Positions 16,676 through 24,591 of a stretch of DNA of 39,576 nucleotides are shown in pieces. A program made the translations under genes and the position numbers. The notes below the pieces were generated by a model. The model was given only the letters and a program-made list of their open reading frames with translations, did not search any database and was not told the DNA's origin. Numbering within the stretch: the stretch's first letter is position 1; each line of letters opens with the position of its first letter. This DNA comes from Bacteroidales bacterium UBA3742 (GTDB taxonomy: Bacteria > Bacteroidota > Bacteroidia > Bacteroidales > Paludibacteraceae), in assembly GCA_002371785.1 (NCBI GenBank), contig DFGU01000091.1:1-39576 (forward strand), given 5' to 3'.

Positions 16676-17653
16676 TTAAATATAGTTCACTTCCGGCGAG
16701 ATGCTGATACCGAATTTCTCTCGAACGCTTTGGCATATCTGTTCGGCCAGGGTCATGACATCCTCGGGGGTCGCCTGGTCGGCATTAACGATCACCAGCG
16801 GCTGCTTTTCATACACCTGCGCCCCTCCTAACCGTTTGCCTTTCCAGCCGCATTGCTCAATCAGCCACGCAGCCGGTATCTTCACGCCGCCGTCTTGCTC
16901 AAAGTGCGGCACCTTATCATACGCCGCCGCTATGCGCTCATAGACCTCGCGAGGCACGATCGGATTCTTGAAGAACGATCCCGCCGAACCTATCTCGCTC
17001 ACCTCCGGAAGTTTCTGCTTGCGGATCTGCATGACAGCCTCACGCACCTGATTCGGCGTGGGCGTATCGCCCGTTGCGGCACGCAGATGACCATAGTCCA
17101 GCACCGGATGAGGCGTCTTCCACAGCCGGTAAACCACCGACGTCACGATATACTGACCCTTCAGTTCATTCTTGAAGATGCTGTCACGATAGCCGTAGCG
17201 GCACTCGGCATTTTCAAACACGCGCTCCTGTCCGTCGGCGATAGCGATCGTCTTCACCCGCACGATGGCATCCTTGGCTTCTACGCCGTAGGCTCCTACG
17301 TTCTGCACAGCCGAAGCACCTACCTCACCCGGTATATGACTCAGGTTCTCCAGGCCCCACAGCCCCATGTCGCACAGCTGGGCGATCAGTTCGTCCATTA
17401 CCAGTCCCGACTCCGCCTCTATCAGCACCTCGTCGCCGTTCTCATCCAGCGCACGGGCCCGACGCATGGCCGAATGCAGCACCACGCCGTCGTAGTCGCC
17501 CCGGAACAGCAAGTTCGATCCGGCACCGATAGCCAGTATCTCCTCTCCACGGTATTTCTCCAGCAACATGCGCAACTCCTCCACCGAGTGATACTCCTCC
17601 ATCACCCGCGCACGCACCTTCATCCGAAATGTATTAGGAATAGTATTTTGCAT
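16676..17653 (-). CDS. murB: UDP-N-acetylmuramate dehydrogenase
   Basis: A 325-aa ORF with an FAD-binding segment (GAGSNLLF) and the MurB C-terminal domain (GSAGSFFKNP, AAWLIEQCGWKG). Confidence 0.9.
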   Translation of the reverse strand: MQNTIPNTFRMKVRARVMEEYHSVEELRMLLEKYRGEEILAIGAGSNLLFRGDYDGVVLHSAMRRARALDENGDEVLIEAESGLVMDELIAQLCDMGLWGLENLSHIPGEVGASAVQNVGAYGVEAKDAIVRVKTIAIADGQERVFENAECRYGYRDSIFKNELKGQYIVTSVVYRLWKTPHPVLDYGHLRAATGDTPTPNQVREAVMQIRKQKLPEVSEIGSAGSFFKNPIVPREVYERIAAAYDKVPHFEQDGGVKIPAAWLIEQCGWKGKRLGGAQVYEKQPLVIVNADQATPEDVMTLAEQICQSVREKFGISISPEVNYI

Positions 17654-17655
17654 AT

Positions 17656-17701
17656 GTCTTTTATCTTTTAGCGCAGCGGTCTTTTGTCTTTTAGCGCAGC
17701 G
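17656..17701. repeat. Exact-length 23-bp tandem duplication GTCTTTTRTCTTTTAGCGCAGCG x2
   Basis: Read directly. It fills the murB-start / nadE-stop gap. The two copies differ by one A/G. Confidence 0.9.
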
Positions 17702-17703
17702 GT

Positions 17704-19635
17704 CTATATTTCATTTATATCACTCGGCATGCGCCAGTCGCCACGCGGCGAGAGGCTCACCGGCACCACCTTCGGTCCGTCCGGCATACACGAGCGCTTG
17801 AACTGCTGCTGGTAGAAGCGGCGCATGAATACGTCCAGCCACTTGGCTATTGTCTCTTCGTCATACTTGTCCTCAAAGGCCTGCAGGGCCATATACTGTA
17901 TCTTATCGCGGGTGAATCCGTAGCGAAGGAAATAGTACAGGAAATAGTCGTGTAATTCGTAGGGGCCTACCCTGTCTTCCGTGATCTGCGCGATGTCGCC
18001 GTTCTGATCGGCCGGCAGCAATTCCGGCGAGATGGGCGTGTCCACCACGTTCATCAGCACCTGACGCACCTGGTCGTCAAACAGGTTCTCGGCCGCATAG
18101 GTTACCAGGAACCGTACCAAGGTCTTCGGTATACCGGCATTCAGACCGTACATCGACATCTGGTCACCGCTGTACGTGCACCATCCCAACGCCAGTTCGC
18201 TCAAGTCACCCGTACCTACTACCAGTCCGTTCATCTGGTTCGCCACGTCCATCAGGATCAACGTACGTATTCGCGCTTGCGCGTTCTCATACGTCACGTC
18301 ATGCGTATCCATATCGTGATCTATATCCTTCAAGTGCTGGGTAGCCATCTCGCGAATCGGTATCTCGCGCATCGTGATGCCCAGCAGTTCCATCAGTCTG
18401 AGCGCATTCTGATACGTACGGTCACTCGTACCGAAACCCGGCATCGTCACGCCCACGATACGCGTCCTGTCATAGCCCAACTGATCGGCCGCCAAGACGC
18501 TGCTTACCAGCGCCAAGGTCGAGTCCAGTCCACCCGACACACCGATCACCAGCGTCTCGGCATGCGTATGTTCCCAGCGTCGCATCAAGCCGCTCGTCTG
18601 AATCGAGAACACGTCCATCGCATACGGATCTTCCTCACCCTTCACGGGCAGGAACGGAAGCGGCCAGAACTTACGATGCAGCGGCTCCGTAAACTCTTCC
18701 TGACGCTCGATAGGCGCTACGTTCACATGGCGATAATGGCCCTGTTTGTCCTTGGTGAAATTGGTATTACGCTGACGATCGATTCTGAGACGCTCTACGT
18801 CGATCTCCTGAATGATCATCGAACTCACGCGCTGGAACCGATCACCCTCGGCCTGTATCCGTCCGTTCTCGGCGATATACGTACTGCCCGAGAACACCAC
18901 GTCCGTCGTGCTCTCACCGATACCCGACGAGGTGTATATATAGCCGCAATGCACACGCGCCGACTGCTGGGTGATCATCTGGCGACGGAAGGCATTCTTG
19001 CCTACGATGCAGTTGCTCGAGGAGAGGTTGAAGATCAGTTCTGCGCCCTGTATCGCCAATTGCGTCGAAGGCGGTAGCGGACTCCATAGGTCCTCGCACA
19101 CCTCGATGCCAAAGCAGTAGTTGCGGGTGGTGAACAGCAGGTCCGTGCCAAACGGCACGTCGCCGCACCATAGTTCAATCGTCGGGATACGAGGTGCCAT
19201 GCCTCCGGGCGTAAACTCACGCGTAGCACGACCGCTCGTGAACCAGCGTTTCTCGTAGAACTCGCCCGTATTCGGCAGGTTCACCTTGGGCACCACGCCC
19301 ATCACCTCACCGTCCGTCAGCACAAAGGCGCAGTTGAACAGATCGTTGTCCACCTTCAGCGGCGCACCGATCAGCACCACGATGGCCTTGCCACGCGTAT
19401 AGTTGCATACGTCCTCCAAAGCAGCCATCGCATTCTGCTGAAGCTGCTGAGTGAAGAACAAATCGCCGCAGGTGTAGCCCGTCAGCGTCAACTCCGGAAA
19501 ACACAGTACCTCCACGCCCTCACGGAGCGCTTCGTCGATCTGCTGCTTCACCTCCTGTGCGTTATACGCACAATCCGCTACATGCACCATCGGTACGGCT
19601 GCCGCCACGCGAACAAATCCAAAATTCGTATCCAT
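17704..19635 (-). CDS. nadE: Glutamine-dependent NAD+ synthetase
   Basis: It has an N-terminal CN-hydrolase domain and a C-terminal NAD synthase P-loop (VIGVSGGLDSTLAL). I trimmed the start to the ATG at 19635 (MDTNFGFVRV) because the listed TTG extension runs toward the promoter box. Confidence 0.9.
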   Translation of the reverse strand: MDTNFGFVRVAAAVPMVHVADCAYNAQEVKQQIDEALREGVEVLCFPELTLTGYTCGDLFFTQQLQQNAMAALEDVCNYTRGKAIVVLIGAPLKVDNDLFNCAFVLTDGEVMGVVPKVNLPNTGEFYEKRWFTSGRATREFTPGGMAPRIPTIELWCGDVPFGTDLLFTTRNYCFGIEVCEDLWSPLPPSTQLAIQGAELIFNLSSSNCIVGKNAFRRQMITQQSARVHCGYIYTSSGIGESTTDVVFSGSTYIAENGRIQAEGDRFQRVSSMIIQEIDVERLRIDRQRNTNFTKDKQGHYRHVNVAPIERQEEFTEPLHRKFWPLPFLPVKGEEDPYAMDVFSIQTSGLMRRWEHTHAETLVIGVSGGLDSTLALVSSVLAADQLGYDRTRIVGVTMPGFGTSDRTYQNALRLMELLGITMREIPIREMATQHLKDIDHDMDTHDVTYENAQARIRTLILMDVANQMNGLVVGTGDLSELALGWCTYSGDQMSMYGLNAGIPKTLVRFLVTYAAENLFDDQVRQVLMNVVDTPISPELLPADQNGDIAQITEDRVGPYELHDYFLYYFLRYGFTRDKIQYMALQAFEDKYDEETIAKWLDVFMRRFYQQQFKRSCMPDGPKVVPVSLSPRGDWRMPSDINEI

Positions 19636-19661
19636 ATATATACAGTTTAGCAATTTGCGTG

Positions 19662-19669
19662 CAAAGGTA
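19662..19669 (-). promoter_or_regulatory. Bacteroidota -7 box TACCTTTG (TAnnTTTG) upstream of nadE
   Basis: Plus-strand caaaggta, about 27 nt upstream of the nadE ATG. Confidence 0.5.
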
Positions 19670-19738
19670 CGAAAAAAAAATCAATTGTGCAAATAAAACT
19701 TGTTTTATTTTGCCATTTGTGAGAAAAAACTGCTATAA

Positions 19739-21061
19739 TCAGTGCTGTCTGACATACATGACTAAGCGTAAAGGACGAGAGTCGTCGTCGGCTTTCTTGA
19801 ATTGCAACAGGATCGGATCGTCGGGTTTCGGCAGGCGAACACCTACCAGTTCCGTCCAAGGAGACAGTTTGTCAGCCGCTTTGCGTCGGCGTTGGATGTC
19901 TCGGGCAGTCTGGTTCTTTCGACGATGGCTCACCCCGGGCTGGAAGGGTTCGATGATATGTTGCTGCTCGGCCAGCACGATCTGCTCGGCAGACGCCACG
20001 AACAGCGCCTCGCCGGCTACGCGGCTACAATATTCTGCAAATCGGGTACGATCCGTCTTGTTCATCCCGAGGGCTATGCTCCCGGACTTATCCGGCGCGT
20101 CCTTCTGCATGATTTTCTTCCAGAGCGCGCTTTCCACGTCCTCCGAGATATAATACGGCTGCTCTGCCGGCACATAGACAAAGCGCAACTTCTTGCCCTT
20201 CAGGCGAATAGAACGCGTGAGCGGCGCTTCTTTGTTTTCCACGACCTGCATCATAGGATCGTCGGGAAGCGTAAACGCCACCCGCAGACCGATATAGCCG
20301 GCGGTGGTCTCGGGCACGTACCAACGGCGTACGGAGATATGGCTATTTGCAGCACATTCATCGTAACTGCTGCCACGAGCTATCCGATAGCTGCCCGTGT
20401 CGGCACCGCATGGATTCGGCGTTGTGCTCAACTGATAGGCACCGTAAATATCCTGACACCATTCAGCCACATTACCCGTCATATCATACAACCCCAATTC
20501 ATTCGGATGCTTGTGTCCCACATGGTGCTTCCAATTACCCGAACACGAGTAGGTCCACCCTACGCTATCGAGTTCGTTGCCGCCCGAGAAACGATAGTGT
20601 TTACTTTGCGCCCCACCACGTGCGGCATATTCCCATTCTGCCTCGGTCGGCAGACGAAACGGCAGACCGGTGATACTATCCAGCCGACGCACAAACTCCT
20701 GACAATCATGCCAAGAAATAAACGAGATTGGTAAGGTAGGATGATACTTGGGACTAATGATTTCCTTTTCCGGCATCACGGCATGCCACAGTTCGACGGT
20801 CACTTCCGTGGTGGCCATGTAATACGGGGAGAGAAAGACCAGATGAGCCGGTTTATCGGTATAGATATCCTTATCATATTGATCCTGCGTGGCCCCCATC
20901 ATGAACGAACCGCCCTCCACGCGTTGCATCGTAAACGGGATGCCATGGACTAATATCTCCAACCGCTGCAACGAATCGGGCACAACTGGTCGATGCTTAC
21001 GCGCCGACACCGGCTGCACCAAGCATAGCAATCCTATCAGTATGACCCATACTCGACTCAC
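19739..21061 (-). CDS. Formylglycine-generating enzyme (SUMF1/FGE-sulfatase) family protein with C-terminal extension
   Basis: FGE-domain motifs are present (EAEWEYAARGG, GLYDMTGNVAEW, RGSSY). I set the start to the GTG at 21061, which gives a signal-like MSRVWVILIGLLCLVQPVSA. The listed 21217 start adds an implausible AT-rich leader. Confidence 0.75.
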   Translation of the reverse strand: MSRVWVILIGLLCLVQPVSARKHRPVVPDSLQRLEILVHGIPFTMQRVEGGSFMMGATQDQYDKDIYTDKPAHLVFLSPYYMATTEVTVELWHAVMPEKEIISPKYHPTLPISFISWHDCQEFVRRLDSITGLPFRLPTEAEWEYAARGGAQSKHYRFSGGNELDSVGWTYSCSGNWKHHVGHKHPNELGLYDMTGNVAEWCQDIYGAYQLSTTPNPCGADTGSYRIARGSSYDECAANSHISVRRWYVPETTAGYIGLRVAFTLPDDPMMQVVENKEAPLTRSIRLKGKKLRFVYVPAEQPYYISEDVESALWKKIMQKDAPDKSGSIALGMNKTDRTRFAEYCSRVAGEALFVASAEQIVLAEQQHIIEPFQPGVSHRRKNQTARDIQRRRKAADKLSPWTELVGVRLPKPDDPILLQFKKADDDSRPLRLVMYVRQH

Positions 21062-21342
21062 ACCCAGAATGCAACAAATATCGTGCCACACAATATTTTT
21101 TTCGAAGAAAAAAATATATGCAAGCTGTACGATTCTTAAGATTTTTCCTAGCAAGGGGCAAGCCATATGCAAGCCATGGTTTTCCCATGGTTTATAATTA
21201 CCTGTTTTTGCCCCCAAAAATATACGATTGTTAAGATTTTGAGGTTTAAACCTATACTATTTCCAAAATAGAGGATTTTGAATGAAAATTTAACAAATTC
21301 TGAAGATTCTTACTTGAAAACTTGTATATGTTGTAAAAAAAT

Positions 21343-21482
21343 AGTACCTTTGCGACCGATTTTGAACGCAAGGGTACTATTAAAACGACACCCGATAGTT
21401 TGACTTGCGTCAGGGACTACCGGGGATTCCGCTGCAAAAGTACTACATTTTTTTGAATTGTGCAAATATTTTGACAAAAAAA
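21343..21482 (+). repeat. 140-bp direct repeat, copy 1 (promoter box plus structured leader)
   Basis: By eye it is identical to 22241-22380 except for one position (21360 t versus 22258 a). It contains TACCTTTG at 21345-21352 and 13-nt imperfect inverted termini (tagtacctttgcg ... gcaaaagtactac). Confidence 0.9.
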
Positions 21483-21614
21483 TTACATTTTTAATGAAAG
21501 ACACATCATATATTATAAATGAATACTATATAGTCTTGATCATGTACAAGCAGTTTGTAACAAGATAAATCAGGTAAAGGCGGCTATTAACCATTATTTT
21601 TAAATTGCATATAT

Positions 21615-22019
21615 ATGAAACGGTTTATTTTCTTATTATCTGTTATTTGCCTTGTGGCATCATGTTCAAAACCACCTTATGTAGATCGCTATTACGTATA
21701 CGATGACGACGACGGCTGTGCGTTTATTTTCCATAATGACGGCTCGGTGGACATATACGAATTCTTCTGGCGTGAACACATTAGAGGAACATATATCTGT
21801 AATTTCCCTCAAGTATCTATTACTATAACTGAACTGGATTCGGGGACAAGACCGGAGATACGCTATTATAACGAAGCTCCTTCTGCATATCCAGATTCGT
21901 TATGGTTTAGCTCACAATCTGATACATTGTATAGGTACAATCCATCATATATACGTGACACCATCCCGTTAACTACGTCAAATTGGTTGGATTTCATGTT
22001 ATTCAGAATTGGATTGTGA
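21615..22019 (+). CDS. Hypothetical small lipoprotein (134 aa)
   Basis: It has a lipoprotein signal with lipobox (MKRFIFLLSVICLVASC), is AT-rich, and lies between the two 140-bp repeat copies. Confidence 0.65.
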   Translation: MKRFIFLLSVICLVASCSKPPYVDRYYVYDDDDGCAFIFHNDGSVDIYEFFWREHIRGTYICNFPQVSITITELDSGTRPEIRYYNEAPSAYPDSLWFSSQSDTLYRYNPSYIRDTIPLTTSNWLDFMLFRIGL

Positions 22020-22043
22020 GTGATGAATTCAAGGGTACCGACT

Positions 22044-22071
22044 GAGAGTGAAAGATTCGAGGGATTCGAGG
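22044..22071 (-). other. Degenerate fragment of the tRNA-Ser 3' end (att-like scar)
   Basis: gagagtgaaagattcgagggattcgagg, compared with the tRNA 3' end ggagagtgagggattcgaacc at 24300. It sits directly after the lipoprotein gene stop. Confidence 0.55.
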
Positions 22072-22240
22072 ACACCGACATTGCCTGCGGCAATCCCACC
22101 TCGAAAACCCTAAAGCCTGCCGGCGGCACCTTGTTCAAAGAAAAAAAGAGCGATTTGCTTGCTTGAGTAAACTCAGACAGACAAATCGTCCTTTTTTCTT
22201 TGCGAAAATGATAAAATTCTTGCATATGTCAGAAAAAAGT

Positions 22241-22380
22241 AGTACCTTTGCGACCGAATTTGAACGCAAGGGTACTATTAAAACGACACCCGATAGTTTG
22301 ACTTGCGTCAGGGACTACCGGGGATTCCGCTGCAAAAGTACTACATTTTTTTGAATTGTGCAAATATTTTGACAAAAAAA
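22241..22380 (+). repeat. 140-bp direct repeat, copy 2 (promoter box TACCTTTG at 22243-22250 plus leader of the Abi-like gene)
   Basis: See copy 1. The offset between copies is exactly 898 bp. Confidence 0.9.
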
Positions 22381-22392
22381 AAAGAATTTTTT

Positions 22393-22689
22393 ATGAAATA
22401 TACCGATTTTGAAGCAATAATGTCACCGGAACGAATGAGCAGATACCTCATTGCGACCAAAGGAGACACCAATAAGGCAATGGCACTTTACCGGGCCAAC
22501 TTGCATCTTTCGCAAGAGGTTTTTACGGTAGTGAGTTGTTTTGAGGTTGCGCTTCGAAATGCAATTGATGAGCGTTTGAAAGTGACATTAGGGGCGGATT
22601 GGCTTCGTGATGCTATACAACCAGGCGGTATATTTGATGTCAAGAAATTTTCTAAAAACATCTTCCTGTCATATATAATAACAAAGTGA
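22393..22689 (+). pseudogene. Abi-family (Abi_2 / AbiD-AbiF-like) protein, N-terminal fragment only
   Basis: From the ATG at 22393: MKYTDFEAIMSPERMSRYL...ALYRANLHLSQEVFTVVSCFEVALRNAIDERL, which matches the conserved N-terminal Abi_2 pattern. The ORF stops after 98 aa, whereas family members are roughly three times longer. Confidence 0.55.
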
Positions 22690-22703
22690 ATTGATTTGCC
22701 CAT

Positions 22704-23885
22704 ATGAAGATGTTTTCTTTTTTAAAACTCTCAATTATTGTATCAGTTTGTTTATTTTGGGCTTCATGCGCCATCATCCGCGGCCAGATAGCGGACGGGC
22801 CGAGCGGCCCCTCTTCCTATAGTTTTGAGCATCACGCGCATGACACTATTGTCAATGGAGCAACGACTTTCAGCTTTCCATATGCTAATCAACAAGCTGA
22901 ATGGATTGACACGCTTCATTTCTTTACGCAGCCTCCTGCATATAAGCGGCCTCGAACCATGTGGGAAGCATTGGATGGCAAAACAGATACACAAGGTGTT
23001 CTAATCATCCAAAACGATAGCATCGTTTACGAGAAATGTCAGGGCGACATCTCGACTGACAGGATTGCTACAGTCTTCTCTGTCTCCAAATCGATCACTT
23101 CACTACTATGCGGCATCGCTGTTGACGAAGGGTATATCAAGAGTATCGACGATCCCGTAACTGATTATTTGCCCGAATTAAAACAGAAGAACGACATGTG
23201 GCAGAAACTGACTATACGCCATTTGTTGGATATGCGTAGCGGCTTGGATTTCGACGACACCTATTCTCTTCGTTTAAAAGACCTCAAGCGGCTGAATGCT
23301 ATGGCGAAGCTGAACTACGGCAAGAATATCATGAAGCAAATCAGAGGTCTGAAGTTCGAAAACGAACCCGGTACTATGTATAAATACGAAAGTATGACCT
23401 CGGAAATCTTAGGCATCGTCATCCAGCGAGCTACAGGTCAACGCTTTGTGGACTACTTGAGCGATAAGGTCTGGATTCCTTTACAAATGGAGTCACCAGC
23501 CATCATCAATATTGATAGCCGCAAGTACGATATGCCTCATACTTTTGGCGGTATCAGTACTACCATGAAAGATCTGGCAAAAATCGGCAGGTTATATTTG
23601 AATAAAGGGATGTGGAATGGTACACGTATCGTTAGCGAAGAGTGGATTCGTCTTTCGACGGAATATAATACGGAGAACGATGGGTATCACATGAATTGGT
23701 ACAACACTAGTTGGATGGATTACACGCCGGAATATCCAGGTTTTTACGCATATGGCATACGCGCACAAGTACTATACGTAAATCCATATAAGAATCTCAT
23801 CATGATACGTTTTGGCAAGCGCGATGACACATATGCTTTTATCCCATATATGTTTGAAATGCTCAGTAATAATGAAAGATTCTAA
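22704..23885 (+). CDS. Serine hydrolase, beta-lactamase/transpeptidase-like (class C/PBP4* family), lipoprotein
   Basis: A 393-aa ORF with a lipoprotein signal (LFWASC) and the SxxK active-site motif (FSVSKSITS). Confidence 0.85.
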   Translation: MKMFSFLKLSIIVSVCLFWASCAIIRGQIADGPSGPSSYSFEHHAHDTIVNGATTFSFPYANQQAEWIDTLHFFTQPPAYKRPRTMWEALDGKTDTQGVLIIQNDSIVYEKCQGDISTDRIATVFSVSKSITSLLCGIAVDEGYIKSIDDPVTDYLPELKQKNDMWQKLTIRHLLDMRSGLDFDDTYSLRLKDLKRLNAMAKLNYGKNIMKQIRGLKFENEPGTMYKYESMTSEILGIVIQRATGQRFVDYLSDKVWIPLQMESPAIINIDSRKYDMPHTFGGISTTMKDLAKIGRLYLNKGMWNGTRIVSEEWIRLSTEYNTENDGYHMNWYNTSWMDYTPEYPGFYAYGIRAQVLYVNPYKNLIMIRFGKRDDTYAFIPYMFEMLSNNERF

Positions 23886-23894
23886 ACGTATCTC

Positions 23895-23908
23895 GTGAGG
23901 GATTCGAA
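23895..23908 (-). other. Exact 14-nt copy of the tRNA-Ser 3'-end segment (gtgagggattcgaa)
   Basis: Read directly, 10 nt after the serine hydrolase stop. Confidence 0.6.
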
Positions 23909-23955
23909 AATTGCAAAGCAATAATCGACAGAGCGTAGCGGCGGAGAACCCACCG

Positions 23956-23984
23956 ATCGGGGGTTGAGAAGGCCCTCATCTCCG
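23956..23984 (+). other. Degenerate, inverted (plus-sense) copy of the tRNA-Ser T-arm/acceptor 3' end
   Basis: atcgggggttgagaaggccctcatctccg, compared with the tRNA sense sequence atcgggggttcgaatccctcactctccg. Confidence 0.45.
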
Positions 23985-24033
23985 AATAAAAGAAAAAGGG
24001 ACGCCCCTTGTGGGTATCCCTATTCTTTTACCG

Positions 24034-24049
24034 CGGAGAGTGAGGGATT
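24034..24049 (-). other. Exact 16-nt copy of the tRNA-Ser 3' end (cggagagtgagggatt)
   Basis: Read directly. It matches 24299-24314 of the intact tRNA gene. Confidence 0.65.
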
Positions 24050-24229
24050 GGGACGCCGCCTTGGCTATGCCAATTCCCCCCAATCCACTTTCTGTGCCAG
24101 AGGCATCCTGGGCAAAGCTATAGTTCTTCCAACTAAACAAAATACAAAGGAAAGAGTGCAGGCACCCTTTCTTTTTGTGAACCATAGTACCTTTATGATA
24201 ATAAATTCTCAACAGGCTCTATTGTCCAC

Positions 24230-24256
24230 AAAAAAATGGAAGTCAATGACCTCCAT
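24230..24256 (-). terminator. Intrinsic terminator downstream of tRNA-Ser
   Basis: On the minus strand: AUGGAGGUC-AUU-GACUUCCAU (a 9-bp stem with one G-U pair) followed by a U run. It lies about 40 nt after the tRNA 3' end. Confidence 0.7.
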
Positions 24257-24298
24257 TCCTTTTTGCATTTTGTTCAGTTTCCCGAACTCTTCGCTTTG

Positions 24299-24387
24299 CG
24301 GAGAGTGAGGGATTCGAACCCCCGATACGACGTAATGCGTATACCGCATTTCGAGTGCGGCTCTTTCGACCACTCAGACAACTCTCC
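24299..24387 (-). tRNA. tRNA-Ser (anticodon CGA), class II with long variable arm
   Basis: The reverse complement reads GGAGAGTTGTCTGAGTGGTCGAAAGAGCCGCACTCGAAATGCGG...GGGGGTTCGAATCCCTCACTCTCCG. It has a 7-bp acceptor stem, anticodon loop CTCGAAA, T-loop GGTTCGAATCC and a long extra arm. No CCA is encoded. Confidence 0.9.
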
Positions 24388-24522
24388 TTCGCCCTCGCGT
24401 TCGGCACACTCGGACACGGACTGAATCACAAATTCATTAGGGTCCTCGTGGCCTCCGCTCTTAAATCGAAATATCGCTTACGTTGGCATTTCGATTTAGC
24501 ACTTCCGACGCGAAAGCGGGTG

Positions 24523-24530
24523 CAAAGGTA
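24523..24530 (-). promoter_or_regulatory. -7 box TACCTTTG, candidate promoter of the tRNA-Ser transcript
   Basis: Plus-strand caaaggta. It lies about 135 nt upstream of the mature tRNA 5' end. Confidence 0.45.
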
Positions 24531-24548
24531 CTGCTTTTTTACGACATA

Positions 24549-24572
24549 CGCAAATTTTTTGCGTTTTTTTTT
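24549..24572. terminator. Short hairpin CGCAAA-TTT-TTTGCG followed by T9 (A/T-symmetric, possibly bidirectional terminator/insulator)
   Basis: Read directly between the porin stop (24592) and the tRNA promoter box. The T-run follows the hairpin on the plus strand and an A/T-rich palindrome follows it on the minus strand. Confidence 0.35.
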
Positions 24573-24591
24573 CGAAAAAAATGCGTAAAGA

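Noticed and set aside
21310-21504. 64-aa minus ORF and the 63-aa plus ORF (22163-22354) covering the 140-bp repeats
   Set aside because: The two repeat copies are read on opposite strands by these ORFs, so coding conservation cannot explain the repeat. Promoter, hairpin and T-run features indicate non-coding function.
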